Assembly (NCBI RefSeq): GCF_035515275.1
Contig: NZ_DATJBQ010000074.1
Span: 15,271-39,270, forward strand
Reading direction: 5' to 3'
DNA: 24,000 nt
DNA from: Pusillimonas sp.
Lineage (GTDB): Bacteria; Pseudomonadota; Gammaproteobacteria; Burkholderiales; Burkholderiaceae_B
A program made the position numbers and the translations under genes. The notes beneath the pieces were generated by a model that saw nothing but the letters and a program-made list of their open reading frames with translations, was not told where the DNA came from and did no database searches. This document shows, in pieces, positions 1-9,284 of this stretch (positions are counted from its first letter, which is position 1; every line of letters starts with the position of its first letter).

Positions 1-2
1 AC

Positions 3-122
3 GCCGAATTAACCGCCCAGGCCCAGGAGCTTGCCCGGGAATGGCTTGAGCATGCGCCGAAACAGGCGCAAGCGCACATGCAGCGCTGGATGCGCGGCAA
101 ACAGGATTATTTGCGCAGTTAA
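3..122 (+). CDS. recG: 3' end of a gene entering from upstream; the C-terminal tail resembles ATP-dependent DNA helicase RecG
   Basis: Frame 3 is open from the window edge to TAA at 120-122 and reads AELTAQAQELAREWLEHAPKQAQAHMQRWMRGKQDYLRS*. The ...(I/M)xRWM... ending resembles the E. coli RecG C-terminus as I recall it. oxyR and recG are also neighbours in Pseudomonas aeruginosa. Only 39 aa are visible. Confidence 0.4.
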   Translation, partial: AELTAQAQELAREWLEHAPKQAQAHMQRWMRGKQDYLRS

Positions 123-202
123 GCCGCATGCGGCTCTAAGCAAAACCCAAGCACAGGGGCGGGCCATGAACCCGCCGCAACGACACACCAGCGAGTACAC
201 CC

Positions 203-1150
203 ATGACACTGACCGAACTTAAATACATTGTGGCCGTAGCGCGCGAACGGCATTTTGGACGCGCCGCCGATGCCTGCTTTGTCAGCCAGCCGACCCTCTC
301 CGTGGCGATTCGAAAGCTCGAGGACGAACTGGGCGTGGTGCTGTTCGAGCGGGGTGGGGCGGAAGTGGGCGTGACCCCCATCGGCTTGCGCGTGGTGGCT
401 CAGGCCCAGCGTGTACTTGAAGAAGCCACCAACCTGAAGGAAATCGCACGCCAGGGCCACGACCCGCTTGAAGGTCCTTTAAGGGTCGGGGTCATTTACA
501 CCATCGGGCCATACCTGCTGCCCAAGCTGGTACCGGCCCAGATCGACGTGACCCCGCAAATGCCCTTGGTCCTTCAAGAAAACTACACCACGCGCTTGCT
601 GGAACTGCTGCGTCAGGGTGAGATTGATTGCGCCATTGTGGCGCTGCCCATACCCGACGCCGGTCTGATGGTGCAACCCCTTTACGACGAGCCCTTCGTG
701 GTGGCCGTACCCAAGGGTCATCCGTGGGCACAGCTGGAACAGATCAGTTCCAGCGCCTTGAAAGAAGAAACCATGCTGCTTTTGGGCGCCGGCCATTGCT
801 TTCGGGATCAAGTCCTTGAGGTCTGTCCGGAATTGTCTCGCTTTTCGGCGTCCAGCGAAGGCATACAGCGCACCTTCGAGGGCTCTTCGCTTGAAACCAT
901 ACGCCACATGGTAGCGGCCGGGGTGGGAATAACCGTGTTGCCTGCCAGTGCTATCGGCACCGGCGACCCTAAACATGACCTGCTGGTCTATATTCCCTTT
1001 AAAAAACCGGTGCCCGACAGGCGAGTGGTGCTCGTCTGGCGCAAGAGCTTTCCGCGTCCCACCGCTATTCAAGCCTTGATCAGGGCAGTGCACGCCACGG
1101 ACCTGGGCAGGGTCAATTACCTGGAAGCGCCCACCGACATGGCGACCTGA
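203..1150 (+). CDS. oxyR: LysR-family hydrogen-peroxide sensor and transcriptional regulator OxyR
   Basis: The N-terminal HTH LKYIVAVARERHFGRAADACFVSQPTLSVAIRKLEDELGVVLFER closely resembles E. coli OxyR. The redox cysteine pair is conserved in its typical context, GAGHCFRDQVLEVC (equivalents of C199 and C208). Confidence 0.9.
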   Translation: MTLTELKYIVAVARERHFGRAADACFVSQPTLSVAIRKLEDELGVVLFERGGAEVGVTPIGLRVVAQAQRVLEEATNLKEIARQGHDPLEGPLRVGVIYTIGPYLLPKLVPAQIDVTPQMPLVLQENYTTRLLELLRQGEIDCAIVALPIPDAGLMVQPLYDEPFVVAVPKGHPWAQLEQISSSALKEETMLLLGAGHCFRDQVLEVCPELSRFSASSEGIQRTFEGSSLETIRHMVAAGVGITVLPASAIGTGDPKHDLLVYIPFKKPVPDRRVVLVWRKSFPRPTAIQALIRAVHATDLGRVNYLEAPTDMAT

Positions 1151-1171
1151 ATTTCGTACAATACGAAGCTT

Positions 1172-2002
1172 ATGAATCAAGAACTCTCACTTACCTTCAT
1201 CGGCGGGGGCAATATGGCCTCGGCCCTGGCTTCGGGCCTGATCGGCAAACGTTGCGGCGCCTCTGACGTGCACGTCATCGACATCAACCCCGGCCAGCTC
1301 GAACATTGGCGCGGAATGGGTGTCAGCACGGCGACGGCGCCCGACGAAACCATGTCCGCGCACCGCATATGGATCTTTGCCGTCAAACCGCAGGTCATGA
1401 AAGAAACCGTGGCGCAGTGCAGGCCTTTTTTGCGCCCCGATACGCTGGTCATCAGCATCGCCGCAGGTATTAAAAGCAACACCCTGGCCGGCTGGCTGGG
1501 CCAAGAGCAACCCTGGACACGGCTGGTGCGATGCATGCCCAACACCCCGGCGCTGATCGGCGCCGGCGCTTCGGGTCTATTGGCTCTGGCGGGTGTCTCT
1601 GAAGACGACAAGGCCGCTGCTCAACTATTGTTCAAGGCAGTGGGCGAGTATGTCTGGGTTGAAAGCGATCAGCAGCTTGATGCCGTAACGGCGTTGTCGG
1701 GAAGCGGCCCCGCTTATGTGTTCCTGTTTCTCGAGGCCCTTATCCAGGGCGGTATCGACCTGGGCCTCGATGCAGAACAGGCGCGCAAGCTGGCGTTAGC
1801 CACCTTGAACGGCGCCACCCAGTTGGCGGCGTTGTCGCCCGAAAGCCCCGAAACGCTGCGCGAGCGCGTGACATCCAAAGGCGGCACAACCGCCGCTGCC
1901 CTATCCATTTTCCAGCAACAGGGCTTTTCCACCCTGGTTCAGCAGGCCATGCGCTCCGCCTACGATCGTGCGGGCGAACTGGCCGTCGAGTTAGCCAAAT
2001 GA
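1172..2002 (+). CDS. proC: Pyrroline-5-carboxylate reductase
   Basis: N-terminal Rossmann motif FIGGGNMASAL. The C-terminal motifs SGSGPAYVFLFLEAL and VTSKGGTTAAAL are typical of ProC. Length is 276 aa. Confidence 0.9.
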   Translation: MNQELSLTFIGGGNMASALASGLIGKRCGASDVHVIDINPGQLEHWRGMGVSTATAPDETMSAHRIWIFAVKPQVMKETVAQCRPFLRPDTLVISIAAGIKSNTLAGWLGQEQPWTRLVRCMPNTPALIGAGASGLLALAGVSEDDKAAAQLLFKAVGEYVWVESDQQLDAVTALSGSGPAYVFLFLEALIQGGIDLGLDAEQARKLALATLNGATQLAALSPESPETLRERVTSKGGTTAAALSIFQQQGFSTLVQQAMRSAYDRAGELAVELAK

Positions 2003-2586
2003 ACACCTCCAGCCAAACCGTATTTATTCCCATGACCTTGCGGCAAATGGCCGTTGCCGTGCTGGTCATGTGCGCCATTGTGGTCGGCTCCAATATTCTG
2101 GTTCAGTATCCGGTCAACCGCTGGCTGACCTGGGGCGCCCTGACGTATCCCATCGCGTTCCTGGTGGCCGACGTCTTGAATCGTCGCTTCGGGCCCGGCG
2201 CAGCCCGGCGTGTGGCGGTGTTCGGGTTTGTGGCCGCGGTGCTTGTGTCATTTTGGGTGGCCACACCTCGCATCGCCCTTGCTTCGGGCCTGGCTTTTTT
2301 GTGTGCTCAACTGCTCGACATCTACGTTTTCGACCGCCTGCGCGAGCAGCGCTGGTGGCGGGCGCCGCTTATCGCCGGCGTGGCCGGCGCCACACTCGAC
2401 ACCTTTATTTTCTTCAGTGTGGCCTTTGCCGGTACGTCCGTGCCATGGGTGACCCTGCTCTTCGGTGACCTGGCCATCAAGCTGTTTATCAACGCGACCA
2501 TGCTGGCGCCGTTCAGAGCCTTTATGTGGAATCTGGCCAAGCCGGCCCTGGCGCAACCGGGTACGGTTCAGCCTGCCAAGCATTAG
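1999..2586 (+). CDS. yhhQ: YhhQ/VUT-family queuosine-precursor transporter (polytopic membrane protein)
   Basis: Aligns by eye with E. coli YhhQ at SNILVQYPV...TWGALTYPIAFLVADVLNRRFG..ARR and LLDIYVFDRLREQRWWRAP...LDTFIFFSVAF. The ATGA overlap with the proC stop (1999-2002) suggests coupling. Later Met starts (M12, M17) are possible. Confidence 0.8.
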   Translation: MNTSSQTVFIPMTLRQMAVAVLVMCAIVVGSNILVQYPVNRWLTWGALTYPIAFLVADVLNRRFGPGAARRVAVFGFVAAVLVSFWVATPRIALASGLAFLCAQLLDIYVFDRLREQRWWRAPLIAGVAGATLDTFIFFSVAFAGTSVPWVTLLFGDLAIKLFINATMLAPFRAFMWNLAKPALAQPGTVQPAKH

Positions 2587-2606
2587 CCACACCTTTGGGC
2601 AGTACC

Positions 2607-2642
2607 AAAAAAAAGAACCGGTTTCATACCGGTTCTTTTTTG
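2607..2642. terminator. Bidirectional rho-independent terminator between convergent yhhQ and GST genes
   Basis: Perfect stem GAACCGG (2615-2621) and CCGGTTC (2629-2635) with loop TTTCATA. It is flanked by an A8 run upstream and a T6 run downstream, so it reads as hairpin plus U-tract on both strands. Confidence 0.85.
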
Positions 2643-2661
2643 TACTAGCCGTGGGTATTGA

Positions 2662-3270
2662 TCAGGCCAGACCTTGCTTTTTCAGTGCGGCAACGACGCC
2701 GGGGTCGGAATCAAGGCGGGTAAGGAAACGTTGAAAGTTCTTCAAGCCCGAGACGTCAAGGTTTTTGAAACGCGTCCATAGACCTATGACGTACAGGTAA
2801 GGGTCGGCAATAGAGCGTTTTCCGGTAAGCCAGTCTTTGCCCTCGAGTTGCTTATCGGCGATTCCCAGCAAAAAGCGCACGCGTTCGGCGCACTTGCCAA
2901 CCAGCATCTTTTGAATTTCCGGGTCTTGGCTGTAAGCCTGGGGGCCGAAAATAATCGAGAAAGTGCGATGCACGTCGGCATTGACGAAGCTTAGCCAGCG
3001 ACGAACCTCGGCACGTTCGACCCTGTCTGCACCGTGCAGACCGGCTTCGGGATGCAGCTCGTTCAGATATTCAAGAATGGCAACGCTCTGCGTCAGAACC
3101 AGGTCGCCATCCACCAGCACGGGCACCGAACCCACGGGGTTCAGCTTCAGAAACTCGGGCTGCTTCAAGGCTTCGCGCTCAACAGCCTCGAGCTCGTAGT
3201 CCTGCCCCATCCATTCCATGGCAATTTGGCTGACCAATGGGCATGCGCCCTGCATATAGTAAAGTTTCAA
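2662..3270 (-). CDS. Glutathione S-transferase (beta-class-like)
   Basis: The N-terminus MKLYYMQGACPLVSQIAMEW...NPVGSVPVLVDGDLVLTQSVAILEYL resembles bacterial GstA-type GSTs (MKLFYKPGACS..., the NP.G.VP motif, and the ES/QS site). The TTG start at 3270 is preceded by AAGGAGA at suitable spacing. Confidence 0.85.
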   Translation of the reverse strand: MKLYYMQGACPLVSQIAMEWMGQDYELEAVEREALKQPEFLKLNPVGSVPVLVDGDLVLTQSVAILEYLNELHPEAGLHGADRVERAEVRRWLSFVNADVHRTFSIIFGPQAYSQDPEIQKMLVGKCAERVRFLLGIADKQLEGKDWLTGKRSIADPYLYVIGLWTRFKNLDVSGLKNFQRFLTRLDSDPGVVAALKKQGLA

Positions 3271-3324
3271 CTGCTTCTCCTTGAAGTTGCGGCGCTAAGC
3301 CGCGCGGGTTCGTTGCGTGAAATG

Positions 3325-5232
3325 CTATTTAAGATGGGTGTCCAGAAAATCGGCCATCCGGTGATAAAACTCGAACTTGTTTTCATCGTTATGAAAACCG
3401 TGCCCCTCATTGTCCTTTACGAGGTACTCAACGTCGACGCCGCGAGCCTGCAGGGCGGCCACCATCTGGTCGCTTTCGTCTTTATTGACGCGTGGGTCGT
3501 GGGCACCCTGAGCAATAAGTAAGGGGGTGATGATTCGTTCGGCGTTCAAGGCGGGGGATGTCGCCTCGAGGCGTTCGCGATCGGCCACTGGGTCGCCCAC
3601 CATGGTGTGCATTTTTTCGAGCATGGGCTTCCAGTAGGGCGGAATGGTGTTCAGGAACGTAAGCAGATTGGACACCCCTACGTAATCGATCGCCGCAGCG
3701 TATAGTGTGGGCGTGTAGGTGATGCCGGCCAAAGTGGCATAGCCGCCATAACTGCCGCCATAAATGGCGATACGGCCTGGGTCGGCAATACATTGATCGA
3801 TCAGCCAGTGCACCCCATCGGTAATGTCGTCTTGCATCGCCAGACCCCATTGCCCGAAGCTGCTTTGCCAGAACTCGCGTCCGTAGCCGGTAGAGCCACG
3901 GAAATTCATTTGAAGCACCGCATAACCGCGATTGGCCAGGAATTGCGCTTCGGGGTTGAAGCCCCAACTGTCGCGGGCCCAGGGGCCCCCATGGGGATTA
4001 ACGACGCAGGGCAGATCGCGTGCCTCACGCCCCAGCGGCAAGGTCAAATAGCCATGAATGCTCAGGCCGTCGCGGCTTTTATACTGAATGGGCCGCACCG
4101 TCGCCATGTGCGCTTCGGGAAGCTCGGGGTTGATGTCGGCAAGCTTGTCCAGCGTGTCGAGCTGCGCGTCGTAGATATAGCGGCTACCGGGTGTGCGGTC
4201 GTTATAGGCGGCGATAATAAACTTGCGCTCGTTGCGTGTGCTGCTTTGATAGGCCACTTCGTAGCCGCGCAGATGCTGACGCAAACGTTCATGACGCTTG
4301 GCGCTGATCTCGTCAAAAAAATGATACGCCGGTTTGTCGGTTTGATACACCGCTGCGGTCAGCACCTTGCGCAAGCGCGAGTACGCGGCGCCGTCCAGAT
4401 CGACCTGCTCGGTCTGAAAAACGACTTCTTCTTGCTCGGGCGTGGCCGGGTTGATGCGTACCAACGCAAGCTTGTCCCGGCCCCGATTACTAAGCGCATA
4501 GAGCCCCTCGTTGTCAAAATCAAAGAACTGGGGCGCCACCGTGGTACGAAAATCGGTTTGTATCAGGGCACGAAAGCTGTCGTGCTCGTCGTCGCGGTGC
4601 ATTAGCACTGTATTGAGCCCGTCGCTGGCGACACCCCCGCGAACCCGGCCTGCATGGTCGGTTTGCCAGCCCACAATATTGCCCGGATTTTCGGCGACCA
4701 GCTCAAGGTCGCCGCTGCGTACATTGACCCGATACACGTCGAACAATTCGGCATTGCGGCCATTGTGGCTGACCAGCAGGTGATCGGGGTCGTCTTCCAG
4801 GTCGTCTTCGATGCCGGCACGAACCCCGGGAAACGGGGTAAGGTCGGTAACCGTGCCTGTGCGAACGTCTACCGCGAGAACGTGAAAGTTCTCGTCGCCG
4901 TTGAAGTCTTTTTCGTAGATGACGGTGTGTTCACCCTTCCAGAAATACCCGCTGATATCGCGCTGGGTTTCTGCCGTGACTTGCTTGGCCTTGCCTACAG
5001 GCTTGCTGCCTTCCAGCGACTGAACAAATATATTCATGCGCGCGGGCTGCCCGTCGATGGAAACCGGCTCCATGAAACCCAGCATCGAGCCTTCGTCGGA
5101 CAACCGAAAGAAACCGCGCGGCGGATTGCGGAAAAAAGTTTCGATAGGGTAGATGGGCGGGACAGACTGCGCGGCCGTTTCACCGGGCTGAACAGCATGG
5201 CTTTGCAGCCCGAACGGGAAGATTGAAAGCAT
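3325..5232 (-). CDS. S9-family serine peptidase (prolyl oligopeptidase / acylaminoacyl-peptidase type; beta-propeller plus alpha/beta hydrolase)
   Basis: Catalytic serine motif IAIYGGSYGGYATLAG. The Asp is in AQGAHDPRV and the His in DNEGHGFHN near the C-terminus. A long N-terminal propeller-like region precedes them. Length is 635 aa. Confidence 0.85.
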   Translation of the reverse strand: MLSIFPFGLQSHAVQPGETAAQSVPPIYPIETFFRNPPRGFFRLSDEGSMLGFMEPVSIDGQPARMNIFVQSLEGSKPVGKAKQVTAETQRDISGYFWKGEHTVIYEKDFNGDENFHVLAVDVRTGTVTDLTPFPGVRAGIEDDLEDDPDHLLVSHNGRNAELFDVYRVNVRSGDLELVAENPGNIVGWQTDHAGRVRGGVASDGLNTVLMHRDDEHDSFRALIQTDFRTTVAPQFFDFDNEGLYALSNRGRDKLALVRINPATPEQEEVVFQTEQVDLDGAAYSRLRKVLTAAVYQTDKPAYHFFDEISAKRHERLRQHLRGYEVAYQSSTRNERKFIIAAYNDRTPGSRYIYDAQLDTLDKLADINPELPEAHMATVRPIQYKSRDGLSIHGYLTLPLGREARDLPCVVNPHGGPWARDSWGFNPEAQFLANRGYAVLQMNFRGSTGYGREFWQSSFGQWGLAMQDDITDGVHWLIDQCIADPGRIAIYGGSYGGYATLAGITYTPTLYAAAIDYVGVSNLLTFLNTIPPYWKPMLEKMHTMVGDPVADRERLEATSPALNAERIITPLLIAQGAHDPRVNKDESDQMVAALQARGVDVEYLVKDNEGHGFHNDENKFEFYHRMADFLDTHLK

Positions 5233-5387
5233 GAAGGGGCCCTTTAAATCGCTCAGCCATTACTATATCGGCTTGTGAGCACCGTGCAAATGGTCATCCC
5301 GACTCGCGCGTTCACCTAACCATCGCGCAGGCAAGCCTGATTTCCTGCCTTTACACAATTCCTTATTGATTGATTGTTGCCTGAACC

Positions 5388-6158
5388 ATGCATGCTCCCG
5401 ACTTTTCCCTTGCTGGAAAAACCGCACTGATTACCGGCTCGACTCAGGGCCTTGGCTTTGAGATAGCGAAGGCCTACGCGGCCATGGGGGCCATGGTCAT
5501 CATCAACGGGCGCTCGCCCGAACGCGTTGAACGGGCCGTGCAAGCCATAGCCGGTCAGGGTGGACGCGCGGCGCCCTGGGTGCACGACGTGGCGAACCTT
5601 GAACAACAAGAAGGCGTGCTTGAAAAGTTATGTGCCAGCGTCGGCACGCCCGACATTCTTGTCAACAATGTGGGCGTGCGTTTGCGTCAGTCGCTCAGCG
5701 AGTCCAGCTTGGCCGACATCCAATCCCTCATGCACGTCGATCTGATCTCAACCATGTATCTGTCGAAACTTTGCGCACAGCGCATGGTGCAAGAACGCCT
5801 GAAAGGTCGGATTCTGACACTGACTTCCATCGCCGACCGGGTGGCACGGCCTGGCGATGCCATTTACCCGGTTGCCAAACATGGCTTGGCCGGGCTGGTA
5901 AAGGCGTTGGCCGTCGAATTCGGGCCACATGGCATCACCAGCAATGGCATTGCCCCCGGTACTTTTGCCACCGAAAGCAATGTCGAGTTGGCGCGCGACC
6001 CGGTGCAAGGTCCTCGCGTCTTGGGCCGCAACCCGCTCGAGCGATGGGCCCAGCCCCGCGAAATCAGCGGTGCCGCGGTATTTCTGGCCTCGCCAGCGGC
6101 GTCTTACGTCAACGGCCACATACTGGTCGTCGACGGAGGCTTCTCCATCGCTTTTTAA
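5388..6158 (+). CDS. Short-chain dehydrogenase/reductase (gluconate-5-dehydrogenase-like)
   Basis: Cofactor motif TGSTQGLG, an NNVG motif, and the catalytic YPVAKHG (YxxxK). Length is 256 aa. The substrate cannot be assigned from sequence alone. Confidence 0.85.
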   Translation: MHAPDFSLAGKTALITGSTQGLGFEIAKAYAAMGAMVIINGRSPERVERAVQAIAGQGGRAAPWVHDVANLEQQEGVLEKLCASVGTPDILVNNVGVRLRQSLSESSLADIQSLMHVDLISTMYLSKLCAQRMVQERLKGRILTLTSIADRVARPGDAIYPVAKHGLAGLVKALAVEFGPHGITSNGIAPGTFATESNVELARDPVQGPRVLGRNPLERWAQPREISGAAVFLASPAASYVNGHILVVDGGFSIAF

Positions 6159-6212
6159 AGGTTTACTTTAAACTGGTGGTTTTGCCGCTCCCCCTGGCTT
6201 CTTTACTTCAAC

Positions 6213-7253
6213 ATGAACACTGTTTTTCGTCTGGCCATCAATGGATACGGCCGTATCGGTCGCTGCGTCTTGCGCGCGCTGCATGAATCGTCGTTAAAAG
6301 ACCGGTTCAGCATTGTGGCCATCAACGAGCCGGCCGATCTGGACACCATGGCGTACCTGACGCGCTTTGATTCCACCCACGGCGTGTTTCCCGCAAGCGT
6401 AGGGCAGGGCGAGAATCAACTTATTGTCGACGGGCAGGCCATTGCCGTGACCCATGAAACCGACCCCGAGGCCGTTCCGTGGCGAGACTTCAATCTGGAT
6501 CTGCTCATTGAGTGTTCGGGGCGGTTCGGCACGCGCGAGCAGCTCCAGCGGTTCGTCAGTGCCGGCGCACCCAGGCTGTTGCTGTCGCACCCGGGCGCAA
6601 GCGCCGCCGATGTGGACGCCACGGTGGTGTATGGCATCAACCATCAGCATCTGGCCGGCACCGAAAGCCTGGTGTCCAATGCTTCGTGCACGACCAATGC
6701 CATTGTTCCCGTGCTGGATCTGTTGCACAGTACGTTTGGACTGGAGCAGGCTTTCCTGACCACTTTGCATTCGGTCATGAACGACCAGCCGCTTATTGAC
6801 GGCTACCATAATTCAGACCTGCGTCGAACCCGCTCGGCGATGCAGTCGTTCGTGCCCGTCTCCACTGGCCTGGCCAAGGGCGTCGAACGCCTTTTACCCG
6901 AGCTGGCCGGACGCATACAGGCCAAGGCCATACGGGTGCCGACCCTTAACGTATCAGCAATTGATCTCATGTTTCAGGCAGGCAGCGACCTGAGCGTCGA
7001 AGGCATCAATGCCTTGATGCAGACTGCCGCGGAACAGGCCAAGGGCCTTATCGCCTACTCTGATCAGCCGCACGCATCCGTCGATTTCAATCACAACGCC
7101 CACTCGGCCATTATTGACGGCAGCCAGACGCGGCTGTGCGGTTCGCGCATGGCCAACGTGCTGGTGTGGTTCGACAACGAATGGGGCTTTGCCAACAGGC
7201 TGCTCGACGTTGCCGATTTCTGGCGTGGCCTTATTCCAGCGCGCACCGCCTAG
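6213..7253 (+). CDS. epd: Erythrose-4-phosphate dehydrogenase (GAPDH superfamily)
   Basis: INGYGRIGR and catalytic SNASCTTN are present. There is extended similarity to E. coli Epd as I recall it: DATVVYG.N, DLRRTR.A.QS..PV, RVPT.NV.AIDL, SVDFNH..HSAI.DG.QTR and LVW.DNEWGFANR.LD. The Epd versus GapA distinction is from memory, not computed. Confidence 0.75.
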   Translation: MNTVFRLAINGYGRIGRCVLRALHESSLKDRFSIVAINEPADLDTMAYLTRFDSTHGVFPASVGQGENQLIVDGQAIAVTHETDPEAVPWRDFNLDLLIECSGRFGTREQLQRFVSAGAPRLLLSHPGASAADVDATVVYGINHQHLAGTESLVSNASCTTNAIVPVLDLLHSTFGLEQAFLTTLHSVMNDQPLIDGYHNSDLRRTRSAMQSFVPVSTGLAKGVERLLPELAGRIQAKAIRVPTLNVSAIDLMFQAGSDLSVEGINALMQTAAEQAKGLIAYSDQPHASVDFNHNAHSAIIDGSQTRLCGSRMANVLVWFDNEWGFANRLLDVADFWRGLIPARTA

Positions 7254-7354
7254 CCGAGGCCCCGGACGAAGGCGTATAGTGATAAGCATGTCGGCGAAAC
7301 TGCGTTCGCCGGCGTATTCCTTGTCAAGCACTTTATCCGGAAAGGAGCCCGCTC

Positions 7355-8749
7355 ATGGTCAGCAAGCGTGTCGAAACCGATTCCATGGGAGCCATCGAAG
7401 TACCCTCTGATCGCTACTGGGGCGCCCAGACCCAACGCTCGATACAGAACTTTCCGATCGGCGTCTCGCGGTTCAAATGGCAACCATCGGTCATTCGCGC
7501 CTTGGGGATCCTCAAGCGTGCTGCGGCCGAAGCCAACACCGAGCTGGGCGAGCTTCCCGAAAACGTCGGTAAGCTTATTGTGCAGGCTGCCGACGAAGTC
7601 ATCTCGGGCAAGCTTGACGACCATTTCCCTTTGGTGGTGTTTCAGACGGGTTCCGGCACGCAGTCGAACATGAACGCGAACGAGGTCATATCAAATCGGG
7701 CCATCGAGCTGGCCGGGGGTGCCATGGGCAGCAAATCTCCGGTTCACCCTAATGATCACGTCAACCGCGGCCAGTCCTCCAACGACACCTTTCCCACGGC
7801 CATGCATATTGCAGTGGCACAAGAGCTCGAACGCGATTTTTTCCCCGCCTTGCGCCAGCTTCATTCGACCCTGGCCGACAAGGCCCGCCAATTTAGCGGT
7901 GTCGTCAAGACCGGACGCACCCATTTGCAAGATGCCACGCCCGTAACCCTGGGGCAAGAGATCGGCGCCTGGGTCGAGCAGATTTCGTTCGGCCTGAAGG
8001 CGGTAGAAGCGACGCTGCCCGGCATCTACGACCTGGCCATCGGCGGCACGGCAGTGGGTACAGGGCTTAATGCCCATCCGCGCTTTGGCGATACCGCGGC
8101 AGCACATATTGCCCAGATTACGGGATTGCCGTTCAAGTCGGCCCAGAACAAATTTTTTGCGCTTTCGGCCCACGACGCCTTGGCCAATTTGTCGTCAGCT
8201 CTGCGCCTGCTGGCGGGTGGCCTGTTCAAAATGGCCAACGATGTCCGCTGGCTTGCCAGCGGTCCGCGTTGCGGCATAGGCGAACTGATCATTCCCGACA
8301 ACGAGCCCGGCTCGTCAATCATGCCGGGTAAGGTCAACCCCACCCAATGCGAGGCGCTGACCATGGTGTGCGCGCAGGTGTTCGGTAACGATGCCGCGGT
8401 GGCGTTCTCGGCCACCCAGGGCAATTTTCAGCTTAATGTGTACAAGCCCGTTATGGTGCACAACGTGCTTGAAAGCATCTCGTTGCTGGCCGACGCCAGT
8501 CGGGCCTTCAACGACCATTGCGCTGTGGGCATCGAACCCAACACGGCCGTCATTGAAAGCAACCTGCAAAAAAACCTTATGCTGGTTACTGCGCTTAATC
8601 GCCATATCGGTTATGACAACGCGGCGGCCATTGCCAAAAAGGCACAAACCGAGGGTACGACGCTGCGCGAAGCCGCGCTTGCGTTGGGCCATGTAACCGC
8701 CGAACAGTACGAGCAATGGATCGTACCCATCGACATGACCCATAATTAG
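7355..8749 (+). CDS. fumC: Class II fumarate hydratase
   Basis: The N-terminus [23 protein letters not shown] matches the FumC pattern, and the fumarate lyase signature [11 protein letters not shown] is present. Length is 464 aa. AAGGAG lies upstream of the ATG. Confidence 0.95.
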   Translation: MVSKRVETDSMGAIEVPSDRYWGAQTQRSIQNFPIGVSRFKWQPSVIRALGILKRAAAEANTELGELPENVGKLIVQAADEVISGKLDDHFPLVVFQTGSGTQSNMNANEVISNRAIELAGGAMGSKSPVHPNDHVNRGQSSNDTFPTAMHIAVAQELERDFFPALRQLHSTLADKARQFSGVVKTGRTHLQDATPVTLGQEIGAWVEQISFGLKAVEATLPGIYDLAIGGTAVGTGLNAHPRFGDTAAAHIAQITGLPFKSAQNKFFALSAHDALANLSSALRLLAGGLFKMANDVRWLASGPRCGIGELIIPDNEPGSSIMPGKVNPTQCEALTMVCAQVFGNDAAVAFSATQGNFQLNVYKPVMVHNVLESISLLADASRAFNDHCAVGIEPNTAVIESNLQKNLMLVTALNRHIGYDNAAAIAKKAQTEGTTLREAALALGHVTAEQYEQWIVPIDMTHN

Positions 8750-8780
8750 ACACGGCGCTGTGCCCACTCTGGAGGCAGCC

Positions 8781-9185
8781 ATGAAAGTGAAGGTAGATAT
8801 TAAACGCGCCTACGAGGCGCCAAGCGGCCACGATGGTTTTCGCATTCTGGTCGATCGCATGTGGCCACGCGGAGTCAAGAAAGACGACCTGCCGTTCGAC
8901 CTGTGGTGCAAGCAGCTTGCGCCCAGCCCCGCGCTTCGAAAATGGTTCGGCCACAAGCCCGAACGCTGGGAGCGTTTTCGTGCCGAATATCAAAAAGAAC
9001 TGCATACTGCCGAGCAGGCTCAACGCCTGCGCGAGGTTTTGAAGCATGCTGATTCAAGCCACATCACCTTGCTGTATGGCGCACGCGACACCGAGCACAA
9101 CCATGCGGTGATTCTTGCCGACGAAATTACCCGCACCGCCAGGCCCTTGCGCAAGCCGGCCGACAAGGCGGCAGTGTCCGCCTGA
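8781..9185 (+). CDS. DUF488 (YeaO-like) protein of unknown function
   Basis: MKVKVDIKRAYEAPSGHDGFRILVDRMWPRGVKKDDL...LAPSPALRKWFGH...TLLYGARDTEHNHAVILAD parallels E. coli YeaO. I chose ATG 8781 because GGAGG lies at 8771-8775; the GTG at 8760 in the track has no RBS. Confidence 0.8.
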   Translation: MKVKVDIKRAYEAPSGHDGFRILVDRMWPRGVKKDDLPFDLWCKQLAPSPALRKWFGHKPERWERFRAEYQKELHTAEQAQRLREVLKHADSSHITLLYGARDTEHNHAVILADEITRTARPLRKPADKAAVSA

Positions 9186-9284
9186 CCGCCTGACCCCACA
9201 CAAGCATTCGGGGGCCGCAGCTTCGTTCAATGAGACTATACTGACCTGTAGGCGTTCGCGGGGCGCCGACTACCGGAAAGCCGC

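Noticed and set aside
479-1180. 233-aa minus-strand ORF covering most of oxyR
   Set aside because: It is antisense to a confidently identified OxyR gene. The product is Arg/Gly/His-rich with no recognisable motifs, which is the typical shadow ORF of GC-rich coding DNA.
3793-5226. 270-aa and 190-aa plus-strand ORFs (3793-4605, 4654-5226) inside the S9 peptidase gene
   Set aside because: Both are antisense to a gene with a clear catalytic triad and propeller. Their compositions are low-complexity with no family resemblance.
5630-6286. 218-aa plus-strand ORF overlapping the SDR gene out of frame
   Set aside because: The SDR frame carries the TGxxxGxG and YxxxK motifs. The alternative frame is Arg/His/Pro-rich and runs through the SDR stop into the intergenic region.
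7277-7294. Fur-box-like sequence (TAGTGATAAGCATGTC) upstream of fumC
   Set aside because: By eye it matches only about two thirds of the 19-bp Fur consensus, and a nearby hairpin (7292-7311) explains part of the symmetry. The evidence is insufficient.
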